From an uncultured virus (IMG/VR IMGVR_UViG_3300000233_000006) (taxonomy: Duplodnaviria > Heunggongvirae > Uroviricota > Caudoviricetes), in the IMG/VR virus record IMGVR_UViG_3300000233_000006, positions 1-64,000 of that record: DNA of 64,000 nucleotides, one strand, 5' to 3'. A program made the translations under genes and the position numbers. Position 1 is the first letter of the stretch; each line of letters opens with the position of its first letter. The notes under the pieces were generated by a model, which was given only the letters and a program-made list of their open reading frames with translations, searched no databases and had not been told where the DNA came from. Positions 39,963 to 50,108 of the stretch are shown here, one piece after another.

Positions 39963-41798
39963 TTAGTAGCGATGCCCACCCCAGTTCATTCCTGGGTTAC
40001 CGCCTTGATAGAACGGACGCTGATGGAACGGTACTGCACCGTTAACGAGTGCAGTGTCGGCATACCCGGCAAACCCGCGTTCAGTTGGGATATTACCTAC
40101 AGCCGCAGGCGTTGTGACGTTAACGTAAACGTTACACGCCTTGATCGCTTGCGACAGTGCCGTCATGAATGCACTGGAGAACGTTACACGTTGTGCAAAG
40201 CCAGTGTATACGGCTGACTCATGGCAGAAACCGCTGATCATACGGCGACGTTCGGAAAGTCGCTGAACTTCAGGGTACTGTGTCTGAGTATAGGTGTCCG
40301 CCCAATCACGCAGTTGCTTTGGATTCTTTTCGCCTACCATATTGGCCACCGCCAGGTAATCGATGTAGCGAAGATCGCGTACAATCGACCGAGCGTCGGT
40401 AAAGTGACCGAGATGAATACGCTCGTTCGCAGTTGCAAAGATTTCGCTACCCGGATTCCAGTAGTTACTGAACATGTTGCGCGTAAGATCATTACACGCC
40501 TTAATGATCAAGTTCTTGGCATTACTATTGCCACGAGCACCTTCGCTGAAAAGCGAAGTAAACCATGACTGAGGACCGGCTTCAGGGACGTCGATCGCCA
40601 TCATCATGCCTGGACGCACGAGACGTGTGACGAACGCATAGTATTCTTCAATACTAAAAGTGTCCAGCATCATGTTCGGCTTTTCACCGATCCCGTTTGG
40701 CGAGTTACCAAGGTTGCCTTCGATATTTAGAGCGGAAATATCTGTCATGGTGTCCTTGTCGATGCCCGGACGGAAACCCAGCATCCAGTTGTTGTTTTCG
40801 CCCATGGTCATGGCCGAAGCAAGATACAGCATCATCGCCGCAGGCGAGTACGAGAAAACGGATTCGACATCCGTCAGTACCATGCGTGCCGCAAACTTTT
40901 GCTGAGGTGCATAAGGATTGGCTTGCGCGTAAATCCCCTGCATACCGGCAACAGGCGCCCATACGAAGTCCATGTAACCGGTCACGCGGCTGATGGTAAG
41001 GTTACTTGCAGTGCTGTTGATAGCATACTTGTTGACCTGACTGTTTTGGTTCGGGCGACTTTCAAAACGGATTTCGAAATCGGAACGTACCGGCTCGTAG
41101 GTGATGTCCTGATGACTCGATTGGGGTGTGAAGTCAATCGTGATCGCCAGTGGATCACTGATACCGACGATGTCGATGTCTTTGTAGGACGGCGACGCCA
41201 GTAGCAGCGCGTTACCAGTTGCAGCCGCCGCATTGGCTGCGATATTCAACATCGACGTGACATCATCCCACTTGACAAAGGTCTGCGGGATAAGACATGC
41301 GTCCGAATTAAGGAATTCGGATCCTGGGTATTGCTGCGTCAGCTCGCTGATAACGATGTCGCTCATGATATCATCAAAAGCTTCGGAAGGAAGCTTGAGG
41401 ATTTCGACTGAACGACCGTTGATGTTCTCGAAGATAGGCGTGCGACGCGTACCAGTTGCTTCGAGGATCAACGTGTGAAAGGCAACTTTCTTACTGCCCT
41501 TGTTTTGTTGACACACCAAAACGATCGAATATGTCAGACGTGCCTCGACATTGTTGTCGATGGCAATAGCCTTGAGCGTCACGTTTTCGGGTGACTTTGC
41601 TTCAAAAATTTCCTTGAGCTTGGTGGTCAACTTGTTGGTGATTTCACTTCCCGTATTAGCCGAAATGGGTGCGCCGAAAAGACCGCCGCGATATTTCGCA
41701 AACAAATTGTTTGCATTTACGTCGGGTTGCGGATATACGGGAGGTACAGTGCCTTGTGCCGTATTTTGTTGCGTCACATTTTCTTCACGAATAGCCAT
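39963..41798 (-). CDS. chmA: chimallin, phage nuclear shell protein (phiKZ gp54-like)
   Basis: 611 aa; AFHTLILEATG, PVRSDF.I, IDVPEAGPQ.W, RIHLG.F..RDLR.IDYLA and RVTF..F..AL..A motifs; lies between the gp52- and gp55-like genes; GC-richer codon usage. Confidence 0.85.
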   Translation of the reverse strand: MAIREENVTQQNTAQGTVPPVYPQPDVNANNLFAKYRGGLFGAPISANTGSEITNKLTTKLKEIFEAKSPENVTLKAIAIDNNVEARLTYSIVLVCQQNKGSKKVAFHTLILEATGTRRTPIFENINGRSVEILKLPSEAFDDIMSDIVISELTQQYPGSEFLNSDACLIPQTFVKWDDVTSMLNIAANAAAATGNALLLASPSYKDIDIVGISDPLAITIDFTPQSSHQDITYEPVRSDFEIRFESRPNQNSQVNKYAINSTASNLTISRVTGYMDFVWAPVAGMQGIYAQANPYAPQQKFAARMVLTDVESVFSYSPAAMMLYLASAMTMGENNNWMLGFRPGIDKDTMTDISALNIEGNLGNSPNGIGEKPNMMLDTFSIEEYYAFVTRLVRPGMMMAIDVPEAGPQSWFTSLFSEGARGNSNAKNLIIKACNDLTRNMFSNYWNPGSEIFATANERIHLGHFTDARSIVRDLRYIDYLAVANMVGEKNPKQLRDWADTYTQTQYPEVQRLSERRRMISGFCHESAVYTGFAQRVTFSSAFMTALSQAIKACNVYVNVTTPAAVGNIPTERGFAGYADTALVNGAVPFHQRPFYQGGNPGMNWGGHRY

Positions 41799-41867
41799 CT
41801 TTTTGTCTCCTAGGACTTTTCAAAAACCAAGTTTGCAAACTTGACTCGATGCGAAATTGCATCAGGT

Positions 41868-41898
41868 CACATAAGTAATATAGTCCTGTATTTTTTTA
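41868..41898 (-). promoter_or_regulatory. early promoter of chmA
   Basis: TATATTAC core at 41875-41882. Confidence 0.8.
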
Positions 41899-42019
41899 CA
41901 GTCGATATATTGCCCGTGAATGATAACATAGCTTTCGCCATGTTACGTAAGAAATTCATACTATAAGACTTCGTCCCTAATATTGCCAGATCTTTTGATA
42001 CATCAAAAGGAGTTACATT

Positions 42020-43099
42020 GTGATAAGTCTCTTTAGCAGGGAAAACAATATACGTTACTCTATACGTACCGACCCTACGTTCGATTACATTAATCGTCGG
42101 TACGAAAATCATTTCGAAAACTTTGTAACCTATTACAATACACGAGTTTACGCGGTTCATAACCAGCATATTCTTGTACAGCTTCTCACATCAATATCCA
42201 CGCCTTTTCAATATCAAGATCAACAATTTGTCAATACGACGCTTGCGAGAACACCGTATATTGGACGAGCATTCGATCTTAATAGTTCGATTAATGAAGG
42301 TCGCTTTTATAAAGGTCAGTTTTACGGACCGCTCTATAAGGAACTCTACATCCTTCAAGAAAATTATTTTTCAACTGACGAAGTACGTCAAAACTGGAAA
42401 CGTGTTGCGGCAGTTAACGTTATTTACCATACGTGTACGACGCTATCAAGTAAAATACTTAACGGTCGTAATTTTAAAGACAGTGGGGAGGCGATTATAA
42501 CGATCGATCTCGCCCTTCTAGTATTTCAGTACAAATGTTTTCTTGAAGATCAAGTTTTGAAGAATCGAGGTGAGTACGGTGGTGCTTTGGGAACGATTCA
42601 CTTCATCCACATGTATGTCTTACCTAACATGATATATTCGCACGCATCACTTCTTTTAGTTAATCGACTCAAAGCAATTTTCTACGGAGCGCCACTTCAG
42701 GAGACGGATAATGCAAAACGGATCGTTTTTGATCCGCATGAGGATAAAGTGGATGTCGTGATTAAAACGTTGATGTCGTTGTATAAAGGAAAATCTATGG
42801 ACTATGTCCATCTCCTTAAAGCGATCCCGTCATTTTGGAAAACAAATGCTTTCAACAGTCTTTTCTTAAATGATACTCCGGAAACGATACAGGGGTCTTG
42901 GTCGTTTTACCTTGCGCGCTTGGAATATTTTATTTTTATCAAAGACTTTTTAGGAAGTGACGGGTTTGAATCTAATCAAAAACATTTAAACCGTATGCGT
43001 CTTGATACGTTATATATGAAAAACAGCCAGGCTTTAAGGCGTTCGTTGACACATGACCGACTTTACGACGTTCTCGAAATGATGACTAAATTAATTTAA
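42020..43099 (+). CDS. phiKZ gp52-like conserved protein
   Basis: 359 aa, divergent from chmA; YVLPNM..SH motif; AGGAG RBS. Confidence 0.7.
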   Translation: MISLFSRENNIRYSIRTDPTFDYINRRYENHFENFVTYYNTRVYAVHNQHILVQLLTSISTPFQYQDQQFVNTTLARTPYIGRAFDLNSSINEGRFYKGQFYGPLYKELYILQENYFSTDEVRQNWKRVAAVNVIYHTCTTLSSKILNGRNFKDSGEAIITIDLALLVFQYKCFLEDQVLKNRGEYGGALGTIHFIHMYVLPNMIYSHASLLLVNRLKAIFYGAPLQETDNAKRIVFDPHEDKVDVVIKTLMSLYKGKSMDYVHLLKAIPSFWKTNAFNSLFLNDTPETIQGSWSFYLARLEYFIFIKDFLGSDGFESNQKHLNRMRLDTLYMKNSQALRRSLTHDRLYDVLEMMTKLI

Positions 43100-43101
43100 A
43101 G

Positions 43102-43133
43102 TACAGAGGTGTCGGTAAACCGACACCTCTGTA
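43102..43133. terminator. bidirectional terminator
   Basis: tacagaggtgtcggt-aa-accgacacctctgta. Confidence 0.8.
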
Positions 43134-43146
43134 TGTGAAGCTTGAA

Positions 43147-43506
43147 TTAATCTTCGTCGATAATTTTTAATAGGGCACGAAATCCTTTTTCGTTAACCGA
43201 CCTCAAGGTAAGTGAGGGGTAGTGTAAGAAAAGGGTGCTTATTTCTGATACATCAATGACGTACTTTGAAAGATTGGTTGCGAAAGTTTCGCCAAAACGA
43301 ATTTCCTCGCTAAAGATCGCCTCTTTGATTTTAGCAATATGCTTTCCTATATATATTCTTTCTTCATTTTTACCTAGTGAGGCAATTTCAGTTAAAAGAA
43401 AACATTGATGAAGCTTTTCTAAGAATTCTTTGATAACAGTCTTAGAATTAAGGCTAGTATTTTCCTGAAGACGAAAATAACATTCGAATGGTTTTATATC
43501 ATTCAT
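43147..43506 (-). CDS. hypothetical protein
   Basis: 119 aa with GAGGT RBS. Confidence 0.65.
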   Translation of the reverse strand: MNDIKPFECYFRLQENTSLNSKTVIKEFLEKLHQCFLLTEIASLGKNEERIYIGKHIAKIKEAIFSEEIRFGETFATNLSKYVIDVSEISTLFLHYPSLTLRSVNEKGFRALLKIIDED

Positions 43507-43520
43507 GAGGGTACCTCTGT

Positions 43521-45710
43521 TTAATCTGAATTTTCTTCTGAGACCGAAGACGTCCCCGTTAAAGTACGGTTTTCCTTTTTCTGATAGCCGATCATTTCAA
43601 GAAGCATGTAAAAGATTCTACATAAATCGTGAATGATGCGTTCGGTGTCGATAATGTCATGAAGTTCAATAGGAACACCGTATGCGTTTGAAAACTCCAT
43701 TGGGATATAAATCGTAGGGAGTTCTTCCTTTTTGAAATCAAGCATCCACTTTGAAAATCTTAATGCGAACGCCTGGTCTTTATGGTTTCCTAGCCAAACT
43801 TTAATTTTCTGTCTCGACGTTAACGTCGTTGGCACGCGGATAACAGAATAGGGTGGTTTTCCGAAAGAACCGTAGGTGGGTGAAAAAACATCTTCCCAAA
43901 AAACATGTCTCTGAAAAGGTGACTTAGTTCGATCAAGTTTATACGAATTTTCTTCCTTGACCTTATCGATCCGGTAATATTCGATTGACCCGCGCCTAAG
44001 TTCAGATCGAACAAGGTTTTCGATCTCAACCACTTCGTCATAAATCGAACGTATTGATAAGACATCGTTGATATAGACCGTATCTGTGATTTGTTTCATG
44101 ATTCCACGAGCGCGTCGATTAAGTTCCTTGGGAAGCGTACTTGAAACCAGATTGACGCCTTTAACCTCGAGATCCATTTCGCTGTACACATTACCTTCAC
44201 GAATCTTTCGCATCGCAAGATAGTGCTTAGCTACATTGGCGTTAATGAAAACTGGCCAATAAAACTCAGACTTCATCGCCATAACGTGAAGATTGTCTTC
44301 AGAAAACCCAAGGTTTTTTGAAAGAATGGTTAATGCATGCGTAATAGACTGTGAAGCCATGAAGATCGCGGCGCCTGCAACAGCTTCAGACTCAGAAAAA
44401 TCAAAAGGTCGATTTTTAAAGAACCACGTCACCCAACCCTCGACACCGAAAATCGTACTATCTGTATCCGAACTAATGACTGAGCGACGTAGAGAGTCTG
44501 GGATATGAGCAACGGATGAAGGGATATTCTTTGTCACAAAGAATGTCTTAATGAACGGTTCATATTCCTTTAGCGTCTGTTCAATATTTTGAGCTGTCAG
44601 AACGATCGTTGTTAAAATACCTTTCTCATGCATTTTTTCATAATTCTTTCCCATGTCTTCAACGAGGTTGGAACATATTTGATGCGTGAGGTTTAAAATA
44701 TCCTCGTCAACGTTATGAACTTGACTTAAAGGATCTTCAAGCTCACCCGTCACCCGTCGACTCAGTTTTAGGAAGAAGTTAAACATAGCGTCGCTATTTA
44801 GTGTACGAAGATGATAAAGATCGCCTATGTAAACAAATGCTGCGCGTTCTGTAGGACTAAGGTAGCTAACGACATCGACGATCTTTTTAAAACGCTTAGG
44901 ATCGTTCCAGTAAAGCGACGTTGAATATTTGATACATTTAAGCGTATCTTCTACCGTTGGATAAATGAGGCCGTAACGTTTAATCGTTTCGTCGATCTCT
45001 TGAGTATTCAAGTTCTGAATCGTTGAAATGATATTGTTGATCGCTATTTGATGCGACCAATAATGTCGATTACCCGCAATAATTTTTTCGTTGTTTGCGT
45101 TTGCGATACTTGCAAAAACGCGGCAGTTTGAAGTCAGCGTGCTGTGTGCTGAACGATTAAAAAGAGGAGACGAGCGTTTAGCAAACATACCGGAAACGGC
45201 ATTATTCTTAACTTTGAACGCGGCCTGTTCGATCGCCTTAAATAACCCTTCAATGCGCTTAAGCGTAGCTTCGACGTGATTACCGAGTGATGTTTGAAGT
45301 TTTGCTTCGGCTTCAAGTTTAAAAGCGAGTTTTTTAGCAGCGCTTCTTTTCTTAATATTAGCCTTGGTATACGTTACAAGAAGTGCTTCACCGGCAACTT
45401 CTTTCGTGACGTAGGTCGTCATTGTAGGCGCAATAATGCGATGACTTTTAATGTGCGAATCGATATGATTCGATAACGAAGTCTCGCGTAATTCCATATC
45501 TCCATTCGGCTGACGTTCTTTAAACGTCACTTTAGGGTTGCGAATATGTTTAAATCCTTTCGTCTTAATGAGCTCGGTAATCTTCGCCCTAGCTTCATAT
45601 AACGATATCCTTTTTGATCGACTGACGTGAACTGACATTTGATCGACATAGTCGCCGATAGGATTGATGTTGCGAGTATAGTGACTGTCCGGGTATGTAA
45701 AAATAGCCAT
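43521..45710 (-). CDS. split family B DNA polymerase, catalytic subunit (phiKZ gp50-like)
   Basis: K..NNAVSG (motif B), SDTDSTIF (motif C), MKSEF, AKHY and EVKGV motifs. Confidence 0.88.
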   Translation of the reverse strand: MAIFTYPDSHYTRNINPIGDYVDQMSVHVSRSKRISLYEARAKITELIKTKGFKHIRNPKVTFKERQPNGDMELRETSLSNHIDSHIKSHRIIAPTMTTYVTKEVAGEALLVTYTKANIKKRSAAKKLAFKLEAEAKLQTSLGNHVEATLKRIEGLFKAIEQAAFKVKNNAVSGMFAKRSSPLFNRSAHSTLTSNCRVFASIANANNEKIIAGNRHYWSHQIAINNIISTIQNLNTQEIDETIKRYGLIYPTVEDTLKCIKYSTSLYWNDPKRFKKIVDVVSYLSPTERAAFVYIGDLYHLRTLNSDAMFNFFLKLSRRVTGELEDPLSQVHNVDEDILNLTHQICSNLVEDMGKNYEKMHEKGILTTIVLTAQNIEQTLKEYEPFIKTFFVTKNIPSSVAHIPDSLRRSVISSDTDSTIFGVEGWVTWFFKNRPFDFSESEAVAGAAIFMASQSITHALTILSKNLGFSEDNLHVMAMKSEFYWPVFINANVAKHYLAMRKIREGNVYSEMDLEVKGVNLVSSTLPKELNRRARGIMKQITDTVYINDVLSIRSIYDEVVEIENLVRSELRRGSIEYYRIDKVKEENSYKLDRTKSPFQRHVFWEDVFSPTYGSFGKPPYSVIRVPTTLTSRQKIKVWLGNHKDQAFALRFSKWMLDFKKEELPTIYIPMEFSNAYGVPIELHDIIDTERIIHDLCRIFYMLLEMIGYQKKENRTLTGTSSVSEENSD

Positions 45711-45764
45711 CGTTAAATCCTGAACGTATGATCATCCTATTTAAGGTCTTTTTATAAAAAAAAA

Positions 45765-45800
45765 ATAGTACGCCAACGACCTAAGTCGTTGGCGTACTAT
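45765..45800 (-). terminator. terminator
   Basis: atagtacgccaacgac-ctaa-gtcgttggcgtactat plus A-run. Confidence 0.8.
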
Positions 45801-45802
45801 AT

Positions 45803-46324
45803 TCACTTTTTCAAAAGTTCTGGAACGACGACATCAAAAATGTCGGCGATCGTTGCCCATGAAAAAACGTCAACATCCAAATAAACTTTATTTGGATGCT
45901 TTGGATCGACGTTTATGATCGTCATTTTTAGAGTTGTATCAAGCCGTAAAAAGGCTCTGGTGTACGACGAATCATTATTTAGGCGAGATACGAGACGGTC
46001 AATAAAGTCTTTAACCGACGCCTCATTTTCATGGAAAATCTTTAACCTACGATCAAACTTTTCCTTTAAAAGTTTTTGATCGATGCTATATCTGACCTTT
46101 GGGAATTTTGCAAGAAGATTAAAAATCTCTTCGTGAAGATTCAGCCATAATTTGAAATTATCGAAATCGCTGACGTATGAGCCTTCTTCGGTTTCATAAA
46201 CGAGATAAAACGTTGTCGGAATACCGCTACTAAAACTTCCAGCAGGGCAAGTATAGTCAACGTCGTTTTGGTTATCTTCGATAGCCTTTTTCAGTCTTTC
46301 GTAACTACTGATTTCGTTGTTCAT
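45803..46324 (-). CDS. hypothetical protein
   Basis: 173 aa in an early operon. Confidence 0.7.
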   Translation of the reverse strand: MNNEISSYERLKKAIEDNQNDVDYTCPAGSFSSGIPTTFYLVYETEEGSYVSDFDNFKLWLNLHEEIFNLLAKFPKVRYSIDQKLLKEKFDRRLKIFHENEASVKDFIDRLVSRLNNDSSYTRAFLRLDTTLKMTIINVDPKHPNKVYLDVDVFSWATIADIFDVVVPELLKK

Positions 46325-46341
46325 TTTAAAACCCTCGATAT

Positions 46342-46884
46342 TTAAAAGTAGATATGGCTTAAATTTTCTTTAGCCAGTTTTTTAACTTCAGCTTCAGAAA
46401 AACCCTTCAGATGAAGATACGTCATCCTTTTAGATCTATGACATAACGCAAAGGTTTCGAACCTTAGATTCATCGTTCGATGTATGAGAAGTGCATCACC
46501 GACGCTAATGTCGATTACCGGGACAGTGTCGATGTGACTGTCGTAGTACAGGCCAAATTTGATATGGCTTCGTACTTCATAATACTCTTTCTTATACCAT
46601 TGTAAGAGAAGAATATCTTCGTAGATCACTTCAAACTTTGATGCGTTTAAAGCGTGTGCGAGTACGCTTTTTATCAGCCAATATGCCTTAGCAATAGCGA
46701 CTGGGTTTTCGACAACCTCAAAAAAGTTCTCAATGGAAAATCTAACGATCGATCTCGATTCTTCGTCGATAAACGTATCGATATATTCGTTAACTGTCGC
46801 CATACCTGTGTCACCTTCTGCAAGGCACGCTTCAATAAGTTCTACAGGCGACAGCAACACGGTGAATATTTTTTCTATATTCAT
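46342..46884 (-). CDS. hypothetical protein
   Basis: Start moved to ATG 46884 (GAGGTG RBS). Confidence 0.7.
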   Translation of the reverse strand: MNIEKIFTVLLSPVELIEACLAEGDTGMATVNEYIDTFIDEESRSIVRFSIENFFEVVENPVAIAKAYWLIKSVLAHALNASKFEVIYEDILLLQWYKKEYYEVRSHIKFGLYYDSHIDTVPVIDISVGDALLIHRTMNLRFETFALCHRSKRMTYLHLKGFSEAEVKKLAKENLSHIYF

Positions 46885-46911
46885 ATAAAACACCTCTATT
46901 TGAAAAAGAAT

Positions 46912-47382
46912 TCAGTCCTTACTCAAGCGCCAGCCGTCATTGAAGAAGGCGAGCTTCAGGAAGTTTATATACCCAGTCTTAGTACCAGGAAAATATAAAC
47001 TTCCTTTCACGACCAATTTTTCTTCTTCTTCACCTAGTAAACTTCTTTCGCCCATACCTTCCTCGGCTTCGTCGACGTCTATGTTTCTGAGCATGACGAC
47101 AGACTCTTCGGGAGAGAGACGAATAACTTGGTCGGTTTCAAGTCTACTCATCAAAATTTTGACGATAGTATAATCGTCCTTTATTTTCAGGCGTGATTTA
47201 ACTTCGTCGCTAATAACGCTGTCAAGCGTCGTAGTCAGACGATGCTCAAAACAGGCTTCGTCCCTATAAACGAGGTCAACCAGAACAACTCTTGTCAGGT
47301 CGCATTCTCTCGTTTCAAACGACAGTAGTGAAAAATCACTACAGATTTGAAAATCTTCAAGGACTAATTTAGTCAGATCCAT
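46912..47382 (-). CDS. hypothetical acidic early protein, distant paralog of 3978..4535
   Basis: GAGGTG RBS; early promoter upstream. Confidence 0.7.
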   Translation of the reverse strand: MDLTKLVLEDFQICSDFSLLSFETRECDLTRVVLVDLVYRDEACFEHRLTTTLDSVISDEVKSRLKIKDDYTIVKILMSRLETDQVIRLSPEESVVMLRNIDVDEAEEGMGERSLLGEEEEKLVVKGSLYFPGTKTGYINFLKLAFFNDGWRLSKD

Positions 47383-47429
47383 ACATCACCTCAAACTTTT
47401 AATAACTAACGAAAGCATTAGTCATATAG

Positions 47430-47437
47430 GTAATATA
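47430..47437 (-). promoter_or_regulatory. early promoter TATATTAC
   Basis: ggtaatatagttccgtattttttt, close to the chmA promoter sequence. Confidence 0.7.
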
Positions 47438-47523
47438 GTTCCGTATTTTTTTAGTACTTCGTGTCGTAATCTTTTGAAATCCACTCACTAGACTAAAAAA
47501 ATACAATAGGCAAAAGGTCTGAT

Positions 47524-49053
47524 ATGAATTTAAGAGTTTTGTTTGCTAAATGCATCACGCTTCTTTACCGCGAAACACAAATGGGGGCGGATACGGACGG
47601 TAGCGAGGCTATGGTGCTCTCAGTGATAAGTAAAATTGAATTACCTCCTAATCCAACAGGACTCCAAAATAATGAATTAAATACGCTCTCTTCTTTAAAG
47701 GAATACGTTCTTGAGTTAAGTCGAAGACCTCAAGGTTCAGACATCGAACCTGATAGCATGTTACAACGGCTTAAGATCATCGTTGGTGAGGACGAGAAGT
47801 TTTACGAGGCCATGGCTCAAGGAATTGAGAAAGAATATACGGACAGTGGTTTAAAACGTCTCGTAACTAACCTTCGTCAGTCGCTTATCACACACTATCG
47901 AGAAGAACAGGTTAAAGAGATCGTTGAAAAAGCTTCGTACGCTTTTAAATTCAAACGTGATTCGATTAAGGATATCGGAACGTACGTGACGGATCTTTTA
48001 ACATCACTCGAACCTTATCAGCAAGATAGTAAACATAATGACCCGGCGATCCTTGCTGACGTCAGTCTTAATAGTCCTGAGCAAGTCTCCAGTATTTTTA
48101 AAAATGTCGTTAAACTCGGTAACGACGAAGGAATCATGCAGACCGGATGGCAAGATCTCAACGAAATGTTGCAAGGTGGTTTTAGACGTGGTCAGGAAGT
48201 TGTCATCGGCGCACTTCCTCATAATTTCAAAACTGGAGTGACTTTAAGTCTGTTTAAACATATCGCTATGTTTAATAAACCGCACATGATCGATGTGACT
48301 AAAAAACCCCTCCTATTAAGAATCTCATTTGAAGATGAACTTGATGAGAACTTTAAGTTTTTGACAGACTCGCTCATGGACGAAGACGTTCGTTGGGCAG
48401 GGATTAAACGCCCAGAAATGTCTAGCGAAGAAATGTCGGCCTACATTACCGAGGCGCTACAGGTCAACGGCTATTATGTCCGGATGCTACGCGTCGATCC
48501 GACATTATGGGATTATCGTAAACTCATTAACTTCTTGATACGTCTTGAAGCAGAGGGTTACGAGGTTCATTTACTTATGCTCGATTACCTTGCTCAAATG
48601 CCAACAACAGGGTGTCTACAGACTGGTCCGACAGGTTCTGATATTCGAGATCTTTATCGAAGACTCCGAAACTATTGCTCTCCTAAAAAAATAGCTTTAA
48701 TTACCCCGCATCAACTATCACCTTCTGCAAAACAGTTGATGCGAGATGGTCGCGATGACTTTGTTAAATTATTACCGGGTAAGGGATATTACGACCGGTG
48801 TTCGACGGTTGATAACGAAGTTGATCTCGAACTCTTTATCCATATTGAGAAAAGAAACCGTAAGAGCTATCTTACAATTCAAAGAGGTAAACATCGCAAC
48901 ACTAAGGCGATTGACGAGGATTTAATGTACATGGCTCTAGAGTTTCCTCGAGGTAAGGCGATTCCGGATGACATTAACTTACCCGAACAACCTAACTTTA
49001 GAAAACTCCCTGATAAAAATGCCTATGTAGGTACATCTAAGTACGATTTTTAA
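47524..49053 (+). CDS. dnaB: DnaB-like SF4 replicative helicase (phiKZ gp118-like)
   Basis: TGWQDLNEMLQGGFRRG, ALPHNFKT (variant Walker A), ISFE, LDYL, PHQLS and RGKHR motifs. Confidence 0.88.
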   Translation: MNLRVLFAKCITLLYRETQMGADTDGSEAMVLSVISKIELPPNPTGLQNNELNTLSSLKEYVLELSRRPQGSDIEPDSMLQRLKIIVGEDEKFYEAMAQGIEKEYTDSGLKRLVTNLRQSLITHYREEQVKEIVEKASYAFKFKRDSIKDIGTYVTDLLTSLEPYQQDSKHNDPAILADVSLNSPEQVSSIFKNVVKLGNDEGIMQTGWQDLNEMLQGGFRRGQEVVIGALPHNFKTGVTLSLFKHIAMFNKPHMIDVTKKPLLLRISFEDELDENFKFLTDSLMDEDVRWAGIKRPEMSSEEMSAYITEALQVNGYYVRMLRVDPTLWDYRKLINFLIRLEAEGYEVHLLMLDYLAQMPTTGCLQTGPTGSDIRDLYRRLRNYCSPKKIALITPHQLSPSAKQLMRDGRDDFVKLLPGKGYYDRCSTVDNEVDLELFIHIEKRNRKSYLTIQRGKHRNTKAIDEDLMYMALEFPRGKAIPDDINLPEQPNFRKLPDKNAYVGTSKYDF

Positions 49054-49104
49054 AATATCTTATGAACTATTATTTAATAGTTCATAATTATGGAGATTTT
49101 CACC

Positions 49105-49665
49105 ATGGCTAGTTTTTTGAAGGTTTTTAAGGTTAGTGCGTTGCCTGCGACGCTTGAACCCTCTAGTTTGTATTTGATTCCTAGTAGTGTTCCGGCTATC
49201 TTGGATATCCATGTTTCAGACAACACCGGTACTGCAACACGACACGTTCTGAATAAAACCGATATCGAGGCACTCATCACTGCCGGAGTCGCGGGTTTAA
49301 GTACGACGTTAGTGGTCGATGACATTGCGGCACGAAATGCTTTGGTTCTTGATGAAAATGGCGTTGTTCTTGTCATCGACGCGACAGGCGATACGAGCGT
49401 AGTCTCAGGTGCCGCAACTTACGTTTATCGTAAGAGCGATACATCCTGGACAAAAATCTCTGAAGCCGAATCCATGGATGTCGCTCTTAACTGGGCTAAT
49501 ATCCAAGATAAACCTACGTCATCCGTTGGCGCAATCGACCAAGCCGTGACTGACAGTCATACTCATGCCAATAAAGCAAGTATCGACCGTCTTACTGTAG
49601 ATAACGGCGTCCTTTCTCTTGACGGCAGTCCTGTTCGCCCATATCTTGAAATTGAGGAGTGGTAA
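49105..49665 (+). CDS. putative tail-fibre/virion appendage protein
   Basis: VVDDIAARNAL, WANIQDKP and SHTHAN motifs typical of fibre proteins; start at ATG 49105. Confidence 0.6.
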   Translation: MASFLKVFKVSALPATLEPSSLYLIPSSVPAILDIHVSDNTGTATRHVLNKTDIEALITAGVAGLSTTLVVDDIAARNALVLDENGVVLVIDATGDTSVVSGAATYVYRKSDTSWTKISEAESMDVALNWANIQDKPTSSVGAIDQAVTDSHTHANKASIDRLTVDNGVLSLDGSPVRPYLEIEEW

Positions 49666-49669
49666 AACT

Positions 49670-50029
49670 ATGAAAGATTTTTTGGCATCTTTTAAGATGT
49701 CTAAGATAAGGTTCCGTTACACGTATATGATTTTAGGATCTTTACTCGTAACTATGGCCTTACTTTTGACCGATCCAGATACAGGGATGTTGCAGAACCT
49801 TCCTTTTGGTTCGGGTACGATTGCGATGTTTTTGATAACCCTAAAGGTTGTTATTTATGTTGCACTTTTACATCTGTCGCGGAAGGCACTTTTTGATTAT
49901 CCCGAAGCCGATTTCCAAAAACTGATCCAGGTTGCTACCGGCAGTCCGGTCGGAGCAGGTTTAATCGCAGTAGCCTTGTCCATTGCGACGATTTCCATTG
50001 CTCTACTCATACTTGCGTCAACTAAGTAA
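49670..50029 (+). CDS. holin-like membrane protein (3 TM)
   Basis: Three hydrophobic segments; GAGGAG RBS; close to an SLT endolysin candidate. Confidence 0.55.
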   Translation: MKDFLASFKMSKIRFRYTYMILGSLLVTMALLLTDPDTGMLQNLPFGSGTIAMFLITLKVVIYVALLHLSRKALFDYPEADFQKLIQVATGSPVGAGLIAVALSIATISIALLILASTK

Positions 50030-50035
50030 AATCCA

Positions 50036-50068
50036 CTGTAAAGAACTACTGTAAGTAGTTCTTTACAG
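50036..50068 (+). terminator. terminator
   Basis: ctgtaaagaactact-gta-agtagttctttacag. Confidence 0.75.
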
Positions 50069-50108
50069 CTTTCGTTAATGATTTGATTTCAACTTAAAGG
50101 GTTTCACC

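Noticed and set aside
39972..41844. Many + strand ORFs antisense to chmA (and similar shadow ORFs elsewhere, e.g. 16841..17326, 26019..26537)
   Set aside because: These are by-products of codon bias in real minus-strand genes, with no recognisable motifs
41867..42169. 100-aa minus-strand ORF upstream of chmA
   Set aside because: It overlaps the gp52-like gene antisense and runs through the chmA promoter
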